Made by a program: the position numbers and the translations under genes. Below the pieces are notes generated by a model. The model had not been told where the DNA came from and ran no database searches. It saw only the letters and a program-made list of their open reading frames with translations. DNA of 64,000 nucleotides from Ignavibacteriota bacterium (GTDB lineage: Bacteria > Bacteroidota > Ignavibacteria > UBA10030): contig CAVSHO010000012.1 of the NCBI GenBank assembly GCA_963727825.1, positions 1 through 64,000 on the forward strand. The letters run 5' to 3'. The first letter of the stretch is position 1. Each line of letters opens with the position of its first letter. Below are positions 23,304 to 34,666 of this stretch, in pieces.

Positions 23304-24750
23304 TTATCCAACGCTTCCTTCCAAACTTACACCAAGCAATTTCTGCGCTTCAACTGCAAACTCCATCGGTAATTCGCGGAATACTTCTTTGCAAAAACCA
23401 TTGACAATCAGATTCACGGCATCCTCTGCAGAAAGTCCGCGCTGTTTACAATAGAATATTTGATCATCGCCAATTTTTGATGTTGTTGCTTCGTGCTCAG
23501 CTTTAGCGGAAGTATTTCTCACTTCGATATATGGAAACGTATGCGCGCCGCATTTGTCGCCTAACAACAGCGAGTCGCACTGGGAATAGTTACGCGCGTT
23601 CATTGCGGCTTTTTTCATCTCAACTAATCCGCGATAGGAATTCTGTCCGTGTCCTGCTGAAATTCCTTTCGAAACAATTGTGCTCTTCGTATTCTTCCCA
23701 ATGTGAATCATCTTCGTACCGGTATCCGCTTGCTGGTAATTATTTACAACCGCGACAGAATAGAATTCACCAACCGAATTGTCTCCTATCAGAAGCACAC
23801 TCGGATATTTCCATGTAATCGCAGAGCCAGTTTCTACCTGTGTCCATGAAATTTTAGAATTCACTCCTGCACATTTACCGCGCTTCGTTACAAAATTGTA
23901 TATTCCTCCATCGTCCCTCCTTGTCGCCGGGGTACCAGTTCTGCACTGTCGAATATTTTATCTTTGCATTATCTAACGCAACCAATTCTACCACTGCCGC
24001 GTGCAATTGATTTTTATCCCGCATTGGCGCAGTGCATCCTTCCAAATAGCTCACCTGCGCGCCTTCTTCCGCTACGATGAGCGTTCGCTCAAACTGCCCA
24101 GTTGCAACGGCATTAATACGGAAGTAAGTAGATAACTCCATCGGACAGCGAATGCCTTTGGGGATGAAGCAAAACGATCCATCACTGAACACTGCCGAAT
24201 TCAGTGCAGCAAAATAATTATCATTCGCCGGCACGACAGAACCAAGATACTTTTTTACTAAATCAGGATGTTCACGAACTGCATCTGAAAACGAACCGAA
24301 TATAATTCCGAGCTCTTTCAGTTTTTCTTTAAATGTTGTCGCTACAGAAACGCTATCGAATACAGCATCAACAGCGACACCGGCGAGCCATTCTTGTTCA
24401 CGAAGCGGAATACCAAGTTTATCATACGTCTTCAGCAATTCCGGATCAACTTGCGATAAATCTTTGAGCAATGGCTTTTGTTTCGGTGCTGAATAATAGA
24501 CAATCGCCTGATAGTCAATTGGCGGGTACTTTATATTCTGCCAGTGGGGTTCTTCCATTGTTTGCCAATGTCGGAATGCTTTCAACCGCCATTCAAGCAA
24601 CCAAACCGGCTCCTGCTTTTTTGTAGAAATTAAACGGATGATGTCTTCATTTAAACCGGGAGGTGCTGAATCAGCTTCGATGTCAGTCACAAATCCATAC
24701 TTGTATTCTTGTGCTGCAAATTCTTCTATAGTATTTGTTTCATTGTTCAT
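23304..24750 (-). CDS. sufB: Fe-S cluster assembly protein SufB (frameshift near 23910)
   Basis: Two ORFs join at [11 protein letters not shown]|[19 protein letters not shown] and EHEATTSKI are present. Confidence 0.93.
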
Positions 24751-24772
24751 AAATTTCTCAGTCTGCAGGTCG

Positions 24773-25177
24773 TTACACAATCTGCTCCAATGTTGTGTTT
24801 TCAAGAAGCAAATTTAGATTGTGCTGCATTTTCCCAAGCGGTTTGCGAATCGTGCAGGCGTTAAAGATAGAACAATTCTCTCCATCTTTCGCGTAACATT
24901 CAGCAATCGTTGGCTTTTCTTCTTCAATTACACTTATTATTTGTGAGACCCGTAATTCATTCGGTTTCTTCGCAAGCGAATACCCGCCGTGCATTCCTTG
25001 AGTTGAAATAACAACTCCGGCTTTAGTCAGTTTCTGTAAAATCTTCGCGAGCAGCTCATACGAAATATCGAACTCCACTGCAATTTCTTTCGCAGTAAAT
25101 ACATGTCCTTTTGGGTTCATCGCCATATGCCGAAGAGCGATCAAACCATATTCCACTTTTTTTGAGAGTTGAAGCAT
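24773..25177 (-). CDS. Rrf2-family transcriptional regulator
   Basis: [15 protein letters not shown] and three C-terminal Cys. It heads the suf operon. Confidence 0.92.
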   Translation of the reverse strand: MLQLSKKVEYGLIALRHMAMNPKGHVFTAKEIAVEFDISYELLAKILQKLTKAGVVISTQGMHGGYSLAKKPNELRVSQIISVIEEEKPTIAECYAKDGENCSIFNACTIRKPLGKMQHNLNLLLENTTLEQIV

Positions 25178-25179
25178 AA

Positions 25180-25240
25180 ATACGACTATTCCAGTCTTAT
25201 ATTACACTAAAAAATAAGAGTCCTTTTAATGACTCTTATT
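25180..25240. promoter_or_regulatory. Candidate Rrf2 operator palindromes
   Basis: ATACGACT-N5-AGTCTTAT (25180-25200) abuts the ATG. AATAAGAGTC-N8-GACTCTTATT lies at 25213-25240. Confidence 0.5.
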
Positions 25241-25337
25241 AATTAAATATCTTTTTCTTTTTCTATTTAATCAAGAACTAATAAAAATCTCTTCTATGAC
25301 CTTTGAAGAGCAGACATTTATTTTTATCTTATCAGTT

Positions 25338-26273
25338 ATGGAAGCAATTCAAACACTTGATCTTACAAAGCATTATCATTCCCGCGCATTCAATAGGAAT
25401 AACATCCCTGCTCTCGAAAAAGTTTCCATTTCTGTTGAGCAAGGTGAAATATTTGGATTGCTTGGCCCAAACGGAGCCGGAAAAACCACATTCGTCAAGT
25501 GCATTCTTTCTATAGTACACCCGACATCAGGTACGGCAACTGTCCTTGGTTGCTCTTTGGGACAGAGAATATTGAAAGAGAGTTGCGGATATTTACCAGA
25601 AAATCACCGCTATCCTGGATTTCTAACAGCGGAAAATACATTGATTTTTTTCGGAAGATTGAACGGCTTGCCGGAATCGACTTTGAAAGAGAAAGCACAT
25701 TCACTTCTCGATACAGTTGGATTGAAGGATTGGACAAAGGTCAAGACGAAAAAGTTTTCAAAAGGAATGCTGCAGAGGCTTGGTCTCGCACAAGCGCTAA
25801 TTAACGACCCGAAAATATTGTTTTTGGATGAACCGACCGATGGTGTAGATCCTATTGGACGGAAAGAAATTCGCGACCTACTTTTGAGTTTGAAAGCTCA
25901 AGGCACAACTGTTTTCCTAAACTCACACCTTCTTTCTGAAGTAGAAATGATCTGCGATCGTGTAGCGATTCTAAACAAAGGAAAAGTAGTTCGTCAAGGA
26001 ACAATTGCTGAACTAACAGCACAAAAACTAATATATGTCATTCAGTTATCTTCTCCTCTCACCGGAGAAATTCGGGCCCGATTACAACAGACAATCTTTC
26101 CCATCGAGTATAAAGACGCAAATCTAATTGTGTCATTGCATGATAAGCCCGAGCTTAATACGATCATTGATATCCTCCGTGCAGGCGGAATTGGAATTGA
26201 AAGTATGAATCAGCAAAAGACGTCACTAGAGGATTACTTTATGCAGATTATGAAAGGAGAAAACGGACAGTGA
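25338..26273 (+). CDS. ABC transporter ATP-binding protein
   Basis: GPNGAGKT, FSKGMLQR, DEPT and SH motifs. Confidence 0.95.
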   Translation: MEAIQTLDLTKHYHSRAFNRNNIPALEKVSISVEQGEIFGLLGPNGAGKTTFVKCILSIVHPTSGTATVLGCSLGQRILKESCGYLPENHRYPGFLTAENTLIFFGRLNGLPESTLKEKAHSLLDTVGLKDWTKVKTKKFSKGMLQRLGLAQALINDPKILFLDEPTDGVDPIGRKEIRDLLLSLKAQGTTVFLNSHLLSEVEMICDRVAILNKGKVVRQGTIAELTAQKLIYVIQLSSPLTGEIRARLQQTIFPIEYKDANLIVSLHDKPELNTIIDILRAGGIGIESMNQQKTSLEDYFMQIMKGENGQ

Positions 26274-27109
26274 GGTTCTGGGGGATGTTTCGGTTTACAG
26301 TTGAAGAAGCAATGCGCAAAGGAACACTCATTTTCTATTTTACCGTCGCAACAATTATATTACTGCTTTTAGCACTCGGCATTAGTCATCCGATGAACGA
26401 TCGGGATATGGTTACTCTCTTTAGTATGCCGCTTGCTCGCTTATCTCAACAGGGATTAAATGTTGTCGAATTTCTACTTATTCAATTGCATTCATTATCT
26501 ATTTTTTGGATTATGATTTTCGGTATGTTCGGCGTTGCAGGACTAATTCCATCTATGCTTGAGAAAGGGACCGTCGATCTCTTTCTCAGTAAACCCCTTA
26601 CGCGTACCGAATTACTTATGGCACGCGCGCTTGGCGCTGTTTCTGGTATTGCCATTAATCTTATCTATTTCTTTGTCGGCGTTTGGTTTATTTTTGGGTT
26701 GAAAGTGGGAGTATGGCACTGGGGATTTCTTTCATCTACTATTTATGTGGTCTATGCATTTGTATGTTTCTTTTCGGTAGTTACCATTGTCGGATTAATA
26801 ACCCGGAGTGCCGGCTTTTCAATCATGCTGTCTTTTATTTTCACTCTCATTTCGTGGGGACTTGAAGTAAGAGAAAACGGATTATATAGACTCTGGGATA
26901 ATGTCGTTTATCACCGCTTGCTCGACGCACTTTATTATCTAACTCCACAAATGAATGCCATGCTTGAAAATTCTACTCGTGTAATCGGCAAACTTCCTTA
27001 TATTCCCAATGCACCTGATTTTACTTTTATGCCTTTCATATATTCGTTCTTCTCGACTTGCCTTCTCTATTTTCTTTCAATCTGGTATTTTTCCCGGCAG
27101 GATTATTAA
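26270..27109 (+). CDS. ABC-2 type transporter permease
   Basis: Multiple TM segments, EKGTVDLFLSKPLTR motif, overlaps the ATPase stop. Confidence 0.9.
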   Translation: MRFWGMFRFTVEEAMRKGTLIFYFTVATIILLLLALGISHPMNDRDMVTLFSMPLARLSQQGLNVVEFLLIQLHSLSIFWIMIFGMFGVAGLIPSMLEKGTVDLFLSKPLTRTELLMARALGAVSGIAINLIYFFVGVWFIFGLKVGVWHWGFLSSTIYVVYAFVCFFSVVTIVGLITRSAGFSIMLSFIFTLISWGLEVRENGLYRLWDNVVYHRLLDALYYLTPQMNAMLENSTRVIGKLPYIPNAPDFTFMPFIYSFFSTCLLYFLSIWYFSRQDY

Positions 27110-27185
27110 TCGCTCAACTTATTATTTTTTGGTCTACTTTATTTGAATGTGGCACGAATTCTATCTATTTTTCTCAAATTAGAAG

Positions 27186-28089
27186 ATGAGAGATATTCAT
27201 CAGACTTTATTATCAAATATATTATTGGCTTCAAGGAACCTATACTTTAAGAATTTTAGAAGATTTTTTTCATTTATTCTTCAAGATTAGTCCGTATCTG
27301 TTAATAAGCATTGTTTTAAATGTATTAGCTATCCGATATTTTCGCGGCAAAAAAATTCAATTCTCATCAAGAAACGAATATGTCGCTATCATTTCTGCTG
27401 CTATTGTCGGTTTGATTTCTCCTTTGCCCACGTACGCTGCAATCCCTATAGGGTTATCATTAATGACATCCGGAGTTCCTTTTAGTGCAGTTATAGCATT
27501 TATTCTTTCTTCGCCTTTGATGAATCCGACTATATTTTTTCTCACAGCAACACAGATCAGTATGGAAATGGCGATTGCAAGAACCGTTACTGCTTTTATA
27601 CTTGCTATTATTGGCGGATTACTTACAATCAAATTATTCAAACCTATCTATGATACAGATACACCATCGCCTTTTTTAAAGAAATCATCTAACAAATCAC
27701 TATGGTCAGATATCTACGGTAACACAAAGTATATAGCGAAATATTTTTCTATTGCGATTTTTCTAAGCGCCGCTGTAAAGGCATTAGTTCCGCCTGAAAT
27801 GATTACCCGCTTACTTTCAGGCAATGCTAAAATGAGTACATTAATCGCAATAGGCATGGGAGTTCCTTTCTATACCTGCGGCGGTTCCGCTATTCCATTT
27901 ATTGAAACATTGATGGATTTGGGTATGAGTAAAGGCGCTACCCTGGCATTTTTCATTTCTGGACCAGCAACGAAACTGGAAACCTTGTATGCATATAAAT
28001 CTTTACTGGGAACAAAAGTATTAATTTTTTACTTATCACTTACTTTTGTATACTCATACATAGTTGGATTGTTGTATTCTTTTTTTTAA
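27186..28089 (+). CDS. Permease (DUF318/ArsP-like), probable 1-bp indel just after ATG 27186
   Basis: The frame is open from 27190 to 28089. AFILSSPLMNP, GVPFYTCGG and AFFISGPAT motifs. Confidence 0.75.
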
Positions 28090-28097
28090 AGGGAATA

Positions 28098-30239
28098 ATG
28101 ACATCAATGAGAAAAATTGAGAATAAATCGCGGAAAATTTTTATTGCGCTTATTGCTTTATCAATTTGGTTTTACTGGGATTTATCCCAAGCTCACAGTG
28201 CAATAACAACCATCTATAAATCGTTCTTTCTGGATTCAGAAATGAAAGCATCCTCCTCTTCATCTTCAACTGCTACGGTTGCGATTGTTCGCTCGAATGA
28301 TCCTGTATTAGGAGCAGATACTTGTGGAGTAACATCTGAGAGCATAACATATCCGACGATATATAAAATGGTAAAACATGCTGTGGAACTTGTTTGCGGA
28401 CCGACAGGATTGCGCACGATTATTAAGAGCGGAGATACAGTACTTATAAAACCGAATATCGTGCAGTGGGATTCCAGCGGAAGCGGCGGTGTGACAGATG
28501 TTCGTGTCGTGAAATCATTGGTGTATCTGATTGATTCCATCGATCACGGCCATATTAAAATTATTGTTGGAGAAGGATCGCCAAGACCCTATACAACATT
28601 TGAAAAAATAGCTGCTCCAACGACAACACCTTGGGTTCAATTATTTGATGTACCCGGATATCAACAATTAAAAACAGATGCGCAGAAATCTGGAATCGAT
28701 TTTCGTATTTCTAATCTTAATGGAAATGATGATACAAATCCATGGCCGGAATTGGATACTGTGTCTGTACCGGGAGGGGGACAAGCACAACCACAAGGCG
28801 GCAAATATTTTGTTCATCGAGATGTGACACACGCAAGCGTATACATCGCTGTACCGGTGATGAAAATTCATAAAGATGTACGTTATACAGGCGCTGTGAA
28901 AGATCAAATCGGATTAGCAGCAAGCTCACGTTATGGCTTTAGTAAAACGGCCGGTGTATCGCAAGATGGATATATTCATAAATTACTTCACACAAGTCAG
29001 ATGGCAACAAATTGCCATAACTGGCAGGACAAAGAGATTGTGGATCTGGCTACAATAGCTAGGATTAAATTTGTCGTGATGGACGCTATTACCTGTTTGG
29101 ATTCAACAAAAACCCCGAAATATGGTGGTAATTCCTCCACTCCAAACATTCCTAATATTAATATTTCTAATCGCATAAAGATGAACACAATAATGGCGGG
29201 TTATGATCCCGTTGCAGTCGATAATGTTTGCTGCCGTGTTATGGAGATCAATCCAGACGATATACGTTATCTCACTTTGGCAGAATGTGTGGGTTTGGGT
29301 ACGAATAATTCGGACAACATTACAGTTGTCGGAGCAACGATCGACCAAACGAAGAGACATTTCAGATATGTTCAGCCGTTTAGCACAACGAACACTTCTT
29401 CCTATGGGCAAAGCAATAGAACATGGTTGTTGAGTAATTATTATCTAACAAGCGGAATCAGCAATCCAATGGATAATCAATTTATTTCTAACGAAGCGAC
29501 TTTAACGCCGTTAGCTGGGGCCAATGGTTGGAGTCAGCCGATTTATTTCATAGACGATCAAATATTACTAGGAGATTATTATCAATCTCTAGATTCAATA
29601 AGAAATAGCCAAGCAGGCGTAGGTTATGCATTCACATATTTTACCGTTCCTACAGCTCAGCAAGCCGAACTTTGGGTTGGCTCAGATGAATCTATAAAAA
29701 TATATCTTAATGGCTCAATTGTTTATAATTACTCCGGTACACGATCTTTTACTGGAGATCAATTTTTTAATGATGATACCTGTATTATCAATCTTCAACA
29801 AGGCACCAACAAATTACTCGTCAAATCATATCAAAGCATTGGGAAATATTCATTCAGTCTTAATATCTGTGAAATCCAACCAAATCCTTTATATAAAGGC
29901 AATAGAGTAATGGGATTGAAGTTCACAACTACCGGGAATGCAACTGGCGTAAACGAGAAAAATGCTTCTACTATTTCATCATTCGAGTTAAAAAATAATT
30001 ATCCCAATCCATTTAATCCGGCAACGATGATCACATTTTCTGTAGGGACGTATAGCTATACGTCCCTACGGGTGTACGATATGTTAGGGCGGGAAGTGGC
30101 AACAATATTCTCAGGAAAATTGGCGGCAGGAAGTTACACAAAACAATGGAATGCCAGCGGAATGCCAAGCGGAGTGTACTTCTATAAGCTTACGGCGGGT
30201 AATTTCTCACAAGTAAAAAAAATGGTGCTAATGAAATAA
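28098..30239 (+). CDS. DUF362-domain protein with a beta-sandwich domain and T9SS-type C-terminal sorting tail
   Basis: GDTVLIKPN, VGEGS, PVMKIH...TGAVK, DPVAVD, and NYPNPFNP...SGVYFYKL...KKMVLMK. Confidence 0.82.
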   Translation: MTSMRKIENKSRKIFIALIALSIWFYWDLSQAHSAITTIYKSFFLDSEMKASSSSSSTATVAIVRSNDPVLGADTCGVTSESITYPTIYKMVKHAVELVCGPTGLRTIIKSGDTVLIKPNIVQWDSSGSGGVTDVRVVKSLVYLIDSIDHGHIKIIVGEGSPRPYTTFEKIAAPTTTPWVQLFDVPGYQQLKTDAQKSGIDFRISNLNGNDDTNPWPELDTVSVPGGGQAQPQGGKYFVHRDVTHASVYIAVPVMKIHKDVRYTGAVKDQIGLAASSRYGFSKTAGVSQDGYIHKLLHTSQMATNCHNWQDKEIVDLATIARIKFVVMDAITCLDSTKTPKYGGNSSTPNIPNINISNRIKMNTIMAGYDPVAVDNVCCRVMEINPDDIRYLTLAECVGLGTNNSDNITVVGATIDQTKRHFRYVQPFSTTNTSSYGQSNRTWLLSNYYLTSGISNPMDNQFISNEATLTPLAGANGWSQPIYFIDDQILLGDYYQSLDSIRNSQAGVGYAFTYFTVPTAQQAELWVGSDESIKIYLNGSIVYNYSGTRSFTGDQFFNDDTCIINLQQGTNKLLVKSYQSIGKYSFSLNICEIQPNPLYKGNRVMGLKFTTTGNATGVNEKNASTISSFELKNNYPNPFNPATMITFSVGTYSYTSLRVYDMLGREVATIFSGKLAAGSYTKQWNASGMPSGVYFYKLTAGNFSQVKKMVLMK
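30042..30069. repeat. Perfect 28-bp GTAG-type REP-like palindrome inside coding sequence
   Basis: GTAGGGACGTATAG|CTATACGTCCCTAC encodes VGTYSYTSL. Confidence 0.8.
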
Positions 30240-30349
30240 TTTCAAATGTAATAAAATTATGACCGAGATTTTTCTAAGCGTGCTCAATCCACTAGTAGGT
30301 TTGAATATCATACGATTTCTGCCTACCTTTTTCCATCATTGAGGGTATT

Positions 30350-31469
30350 ATGAGAATTGGTATTACGTGTTATCCCACATACGGCGGCAGCGGCGTTGTC
30401 GCGACCGAACTTGGAAAAGCACTTGCCAGCCGCGGACATTCAATTCATTTCATCAGCTATGCAATGCCAATGCGTTTGAGTGGATTTCAGGATAATATTG
30501 TCTATCACGAAGTGGAGATGGCAAATTACCCGTTCTTCGACTTTCCTCTTTACACGCTTGCTCTAAGCCAGTAAAATGGTTGAAGTGGCACGATATGAGA
30601 AATTGGATCTGCTGCATTGCCACTATGCGATTCCCCATGCCACAAGCGCATATTTGGCAAAACAGATCATGGGCGATCATATCAAAATCGTCACTACGTT
30701 GCATGGAACTGATATTACTCTCGTGGGATTAGAGCCGAGCTTCTTGCCGATCATGAAATTCAGCATTGAGCAGAGTGATGGTGTAACGGCTGTCTCCCGT
30801 TTTCTCAAAGAAAAGACCCTGACGAATTATGGGATCGATAAAGAGATCGAAGTCATTCCGAATTTCATCGATACAGCAAAATACAAACGACTGCAATCGG
30901 ATACATTATGTTTGAAGTGTGGAACAGAAGGTGAAAAAGTGTTAATGCATACTTCAAACTTCCGTCCAGTGAAACGCGTGATGGATGTTATTCGAATTTT
31001 TAACGAAGTACAGAAAAAAGTACCAAGCAATCTTATATTGATTGGCGATGGCCCAGACCGTTCACAATGTGAAATGTTGTGCCGTGAATTTGGAATTCAG
31101 GAGAAAGTGCGTTTTCTCGGGAAACAAGTAGAGTTAGTGCCAATTCTTTCTACTGCTGATCTTTTCTTAATGCCAAGTCAATCGGAAAGTTTTGGACTTT
31201 CCGCACTTGAAGCGATGGCATGCGAAGTACCGGTCATTTCCTCAAGTGTTGGCGGATTGCCCGAACTTCAAGTGCATGGCCAGACAGGATTTATTGCTGA
31301 GTTTGGCGACATTGACCGAATGGCTCGCTATGCAATTGATCTACTGACAAATTCATCTAAACATAAACTATTTGCAGAAGCGGCACGCAAACGCGCAATC
31401 GAATTTGAATCTTCAAAAATTATCAGCCAGTATGAAAAGTACTACGAACAAGTTCTCGCAGTACAGTAA
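30350..31469 (+). CDS. bshA: N-acetyl-alpha-D-glucosaminyl L-malate synthase (frameshift near 30565)
   Basis: IGITCYPTYGGSGVVATELG, HYAIPHA, TTLHGTDITLVG, SNFRPVKR and ESFGL. Confidence 0.93.
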
Positions 31470-31478
31470 ATTCAGTGG

Positions 31479-31511
31479 ACCTCTCCGACCCCTTTTAGGG
31501 ATCGGAGAGGT
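31479..31511. terminator. Hairpin between convergent bshA and pcrA
   Basis: ACCTCTCCGA...TCGGAGAGGT. Confidence 0.55.
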
Positions 31512-31530
31512 AATCTTTTAAAAATCAGTT

Positions 31531-33756
31531 TTATGCAGGGCGAAGCCGCGCATACTTTACAATCAAAGTTTTCGTTCCACAATTTTCAAATTGCACAATA
31601 GCTTTTTGCGCATCTCCTTTTCCAATGACAGTCGTTACGCGTCCACAACCAAATATTTCGTGCATTACAATTGCACCGCGTTTAACCTCAAATTTTTCTT
31701 GTGATTCCGATTCATAGTCCGGCATGGCATCACTGAAAAATACCGCTTCTTCACTCTTCTTCTGATGTGCCGCAAATGTGCGTTTATCAAATGCAAAGGA
31801 TGATTCAGCCGTTCGCTGATGCTGGGCTTTCATACCGACACGCTCGATATTTTTCGTCCCTAATTCGGAAAGAAATCGAGATTCGCTTGGATAAGTGACA
31901 TCACCAAATCGATATCGAAGGGCCGTATAAGTGATGTATAACTTTTGTTCTGCTCTTGTAATCCCGACATAAAACAATCGCCGCTCTTCTTCTAAATCTG
32001 AAGATTCAATGGTGCTTGAATAAAACGGTAGAAGCCCTTCCTCCAATCCCGCGATCATCACGACAGGAAATTCTAACCCTTTTGATGCATGCAGTGTCAT
32101 CAAAGTAACAGCATTGTGCTCGCCTTCCCACGTGTCGATATCGGAAACGAGCGCTACTTCTTCAAGAAAAGATTCGAGCGTGCCGTCCGGTCTGTCGCTG
32201 CTGAATTCAGAAATTGCCGAGAGCAACTCTTGCACATTTTCCCACCGTCCCATCGATTCAGTCGTGCGTTCTTCTTTAAAGATTGATAGAATTCCTAATT
32301 CATCTACAAGAGAACGTGCCCATTCGCTCAACGTCATTTGCGGGCGTAGCGCCTGATACTTATCAATAATCGCTCTGAATTGTGACAAGCTATTCTTTGC
32401 CCGTTCCGTCAATTCTGTTACTGCATCAAGCCGTTTTAATGAATCAAACAGGGAAAGCGAATGCTGCGACGCATATCTCTGCAAATGCTCGATTGTCACA
32501 TCGCCTATTCCGCGTGCCGGATAATTAATGACACGCAATAGACTTATCTCATCAGTAGTATTCGCAAGCAGACGCAAGTATGCAAGCACATCCTTAATTT
32601 CTTTGCGTTCGTAGAAGCGCGTCCCGCCGACAATTTCATATGGAATCGCATTTTTTCGAAAGGCTTCTTCCAATGCGCGCGATTGAGCGTTTGTTCGATA
32701 CAGCACTGCAAAATCTTTCAGATCAAGTTTGCGCTTGTGACTTTCCTTCTGGATGGCACGGACAACCTGACTTCCCTCTTCACGGTCATCGGTACACTGT
32801 ATAACCGTTACCGGTTCACCCGCCGGATTAGCAGTCCACAAATTTTTCTTTAACTGTTCTTTGTTGAAGTGAATTAGTTCATCTGCAACAGATATAATAG
32901 ATTTTGTGGAGCGATAATTTTGTTCTAATCTAAAAAGCTGACAGTTAGGATAATCTTTTTGAAAATCCAAAATGTTGCGGATATCTGCGCCGCGGAAGGA
33001 ATAAATGCTTTGGGCATCATCCCCAACCACTGCAATATTCTTAAACATATTGCCGAGCAACCGGACAACTTGATATTGTGCGCGATTCGTATCTTGAAAT
33101 TCATCTACTAAAATAAACTTGAAGCGATACTGATATTTTTCCAGTACTTCTTTCTTCTTTTCGAACAGCTCGATTGGTTTTACCAGAAGATCGTCAAAAT
33201 CCATTGCGTTGCTGCGCTGAAGTGTTTTCTGATATTCTGAATACACCAGCGCTGCCTTTTCATCAAAAAGTTCATGCACTGTCTCTGTAAACTTACTTGG
33301 CGAGAGATATTGATTCTTCGCAATACTGATGCGAGAGCGAATTGCTAGAGGATTGAATTGCTGAGTCGGTAGATTCAATTTCTCCATTGCTTTTTTTATG
33401 GTACTGAGCGAATCATCAGAGTCGTAGATTGTGAACGACGGTGTGAACTTTAGATGAATGCATTCTTTACGGAGAATCCGTGCGAACATTGAATGAAATG
33501 TCCCCATCCAAAGACTGCCCGCATCGCTGCCCGCCAGTTTGATGATGCGTTTCTTCATCTCATTCGCCGCCTTATTAGTAAAGGTAAGCGCAAGAATTTG
33601 ATGAGCTGGCACACCGCATTCCATCAGGTAAGCAATGCGGTATGTTAGAACGCGTGTTTTACCGCTGCCTGCGCCGGCAATGATCATCACCGGGCCATTT
33701 GCAGCTTTAACAGCTTCTATTTGAACAGGATTAAGATCGTTGAGAAATTTCATCAC
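31531..33756 (-). CDS. pcrA: UvrD/PcrA DNA helicase
   Basis: AGAGSGKT, TFTNKAA, VDEFQD, QNYRS and HASKGLEF. Confidence 0.93.
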   Translation of the reverse strand: MMKFLNDLNPVQIEAVKAANGPVMIIAGAGSGKTRVLTYRIAYLMECGVPAHQILALTFTNKAANEMKKRIIKLAGSDAGSLWMGTFHSMFARILRKECIHLKFTPSFTIYDSDDSLSTIKKAMEKLNLPTQQFNPLAIRSRISIAKNQYLSPSKFTETVHELFDEKAALVYSEYQKTLQRSNAMDFDDLLVKPIELFEKKKEVLEKYQYRFKFILVDEFQDTNRAQYQVVRLLGNMFKNIAVVGDDAQSIYSFRGADIRNILDFQKDYPNCQLFRLEQNYRSTKSIISVADELIHFNKEQLKKNLWTANPAGEPVTVIQCTDDREEGSQVVRAIQKESHKRKLDLKDFAVLYRTNAQSRALEEAFRKNAIPYEIVGGTRFYERKEIKDVLAYLRLLANTTDEISLLRVINYPARGIGDVTIEHLQRYASQHSLSLFDSLKRLDAVTELTERAKNSLSQFRAIIDKYQALRPQMTLSEWARSLVDELGILSIFKEERTTESMGRWENVQELLSAISEFSSDRPDGTLESFLEEVALVSDIDTWEGEHNAVTLMTLHASKGLEFPVVMIAGLEEGLLPFYSSTIESSDLEEERRLFYVGITRAEQKLYITYTALRYRFGDVTYPSESRFLSELGTKNIERVGMKAQHQRTAESSFAFDKRTFAAHQKKSEEAVFFSDAMPDYESESQEKFEVKRGAIVMHEIFGCGRVTTVIGKGDAQKAIVQFENCGTKTLIVKYARLRPA

Positions 33757-33949
33757 ATAATTAGTTTAATGAGATGAAATGGTAAGGAATATTTGCTCGG
33801 AGGGCAATTAGAAAAAAATGTTTTACAATAAAAAGAAAGAAGCATTGAAGAGACAGCTGATAAAAAGCAATAAGTCATTAATCACGAAACCACAAGATCA
33901 CTATATCAACCAATTTCAAATTCCTAATCACTAATTCAAAATTTAATAA

Positions 33950-34459
33950 TCACACCGGCAATGCACCTTCGAGCCGCAGGAGAAATTCTTTTGTTTTCAA
34001 TCCAGCCGCATAACCTACAAGTTTTGAATTCGATCCAATGACGCGATGACACGGTATAACAATTGGAAGTGGATTAGCGCCGTTTGCCCTGCCCACTGCT
34101 TGAAATCCACGCTGAACACCGACACGCTCTGCAAGCTCCTTGTATGAAATCATTTTCCCATATCGAATTCGTTTCAACTCTGACCAAACATGGCGTTGAA
34201 ATTCAGTTCCTACCGGATCGAGCCGGCTGTGAAACTTTACAAGCCGCCGATCAAAATAGCGATTCAACTCATCTATAATCTGGCGATTCTTGGTTGATGT
34301 CTCGACGAGCTCGGCACCATCGAACTTCTTTTGCAACCATCCAAGAAAATCCTTTTTCGTCTGAGCTGGAATGCTAATTTTACACACACCTGATTTTGTT
34401 GAAGCAATGTGAATGATTCCAATTTTTGAATTGAATGACGAATAGTAGATTTTTTCCAT
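33950..34459 (-). CDS. ogt: Methylated-DNA-protein-cysteine methyltransferase
   Basis: GTEFQ..VW, AVGRANGANP and PCHRV. Confidence 0.93.
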   Translation of the reverse strand: MEKIYYSSFNSKIGIIHIASTKSGVCKISIPAQTKKDFLGWLQKKFDGAELVETSTKNRQIIDELNRYFDRRLVKFHSRLDPVGTEFQRHVWSELKRIRYGKMISYKELAERVGVQRGFQAVGRANGANPLPIVIPCHRVIGSNSKLVGYAAGLKTKEFLLRLEGALPV

Positions 34460-34666
34460 GTTCTCTCACAGTTTTATATACTCTGGTTCCCCTTCTAATC
34501 AAATTTCACCTTCATTCTTCCGAAAGCGAAACTGACTCGTTATTGAATTGTATTTCGAGAAATGATGCTGCACTAAAGCCGGAAAAAGTATAACTAAAAG
34601 GTATATGAAAGGCAAGCGCTCTCTGTCTTCTTTCGATTTCTTCTTGAGAATAATCCTTGACATAAC

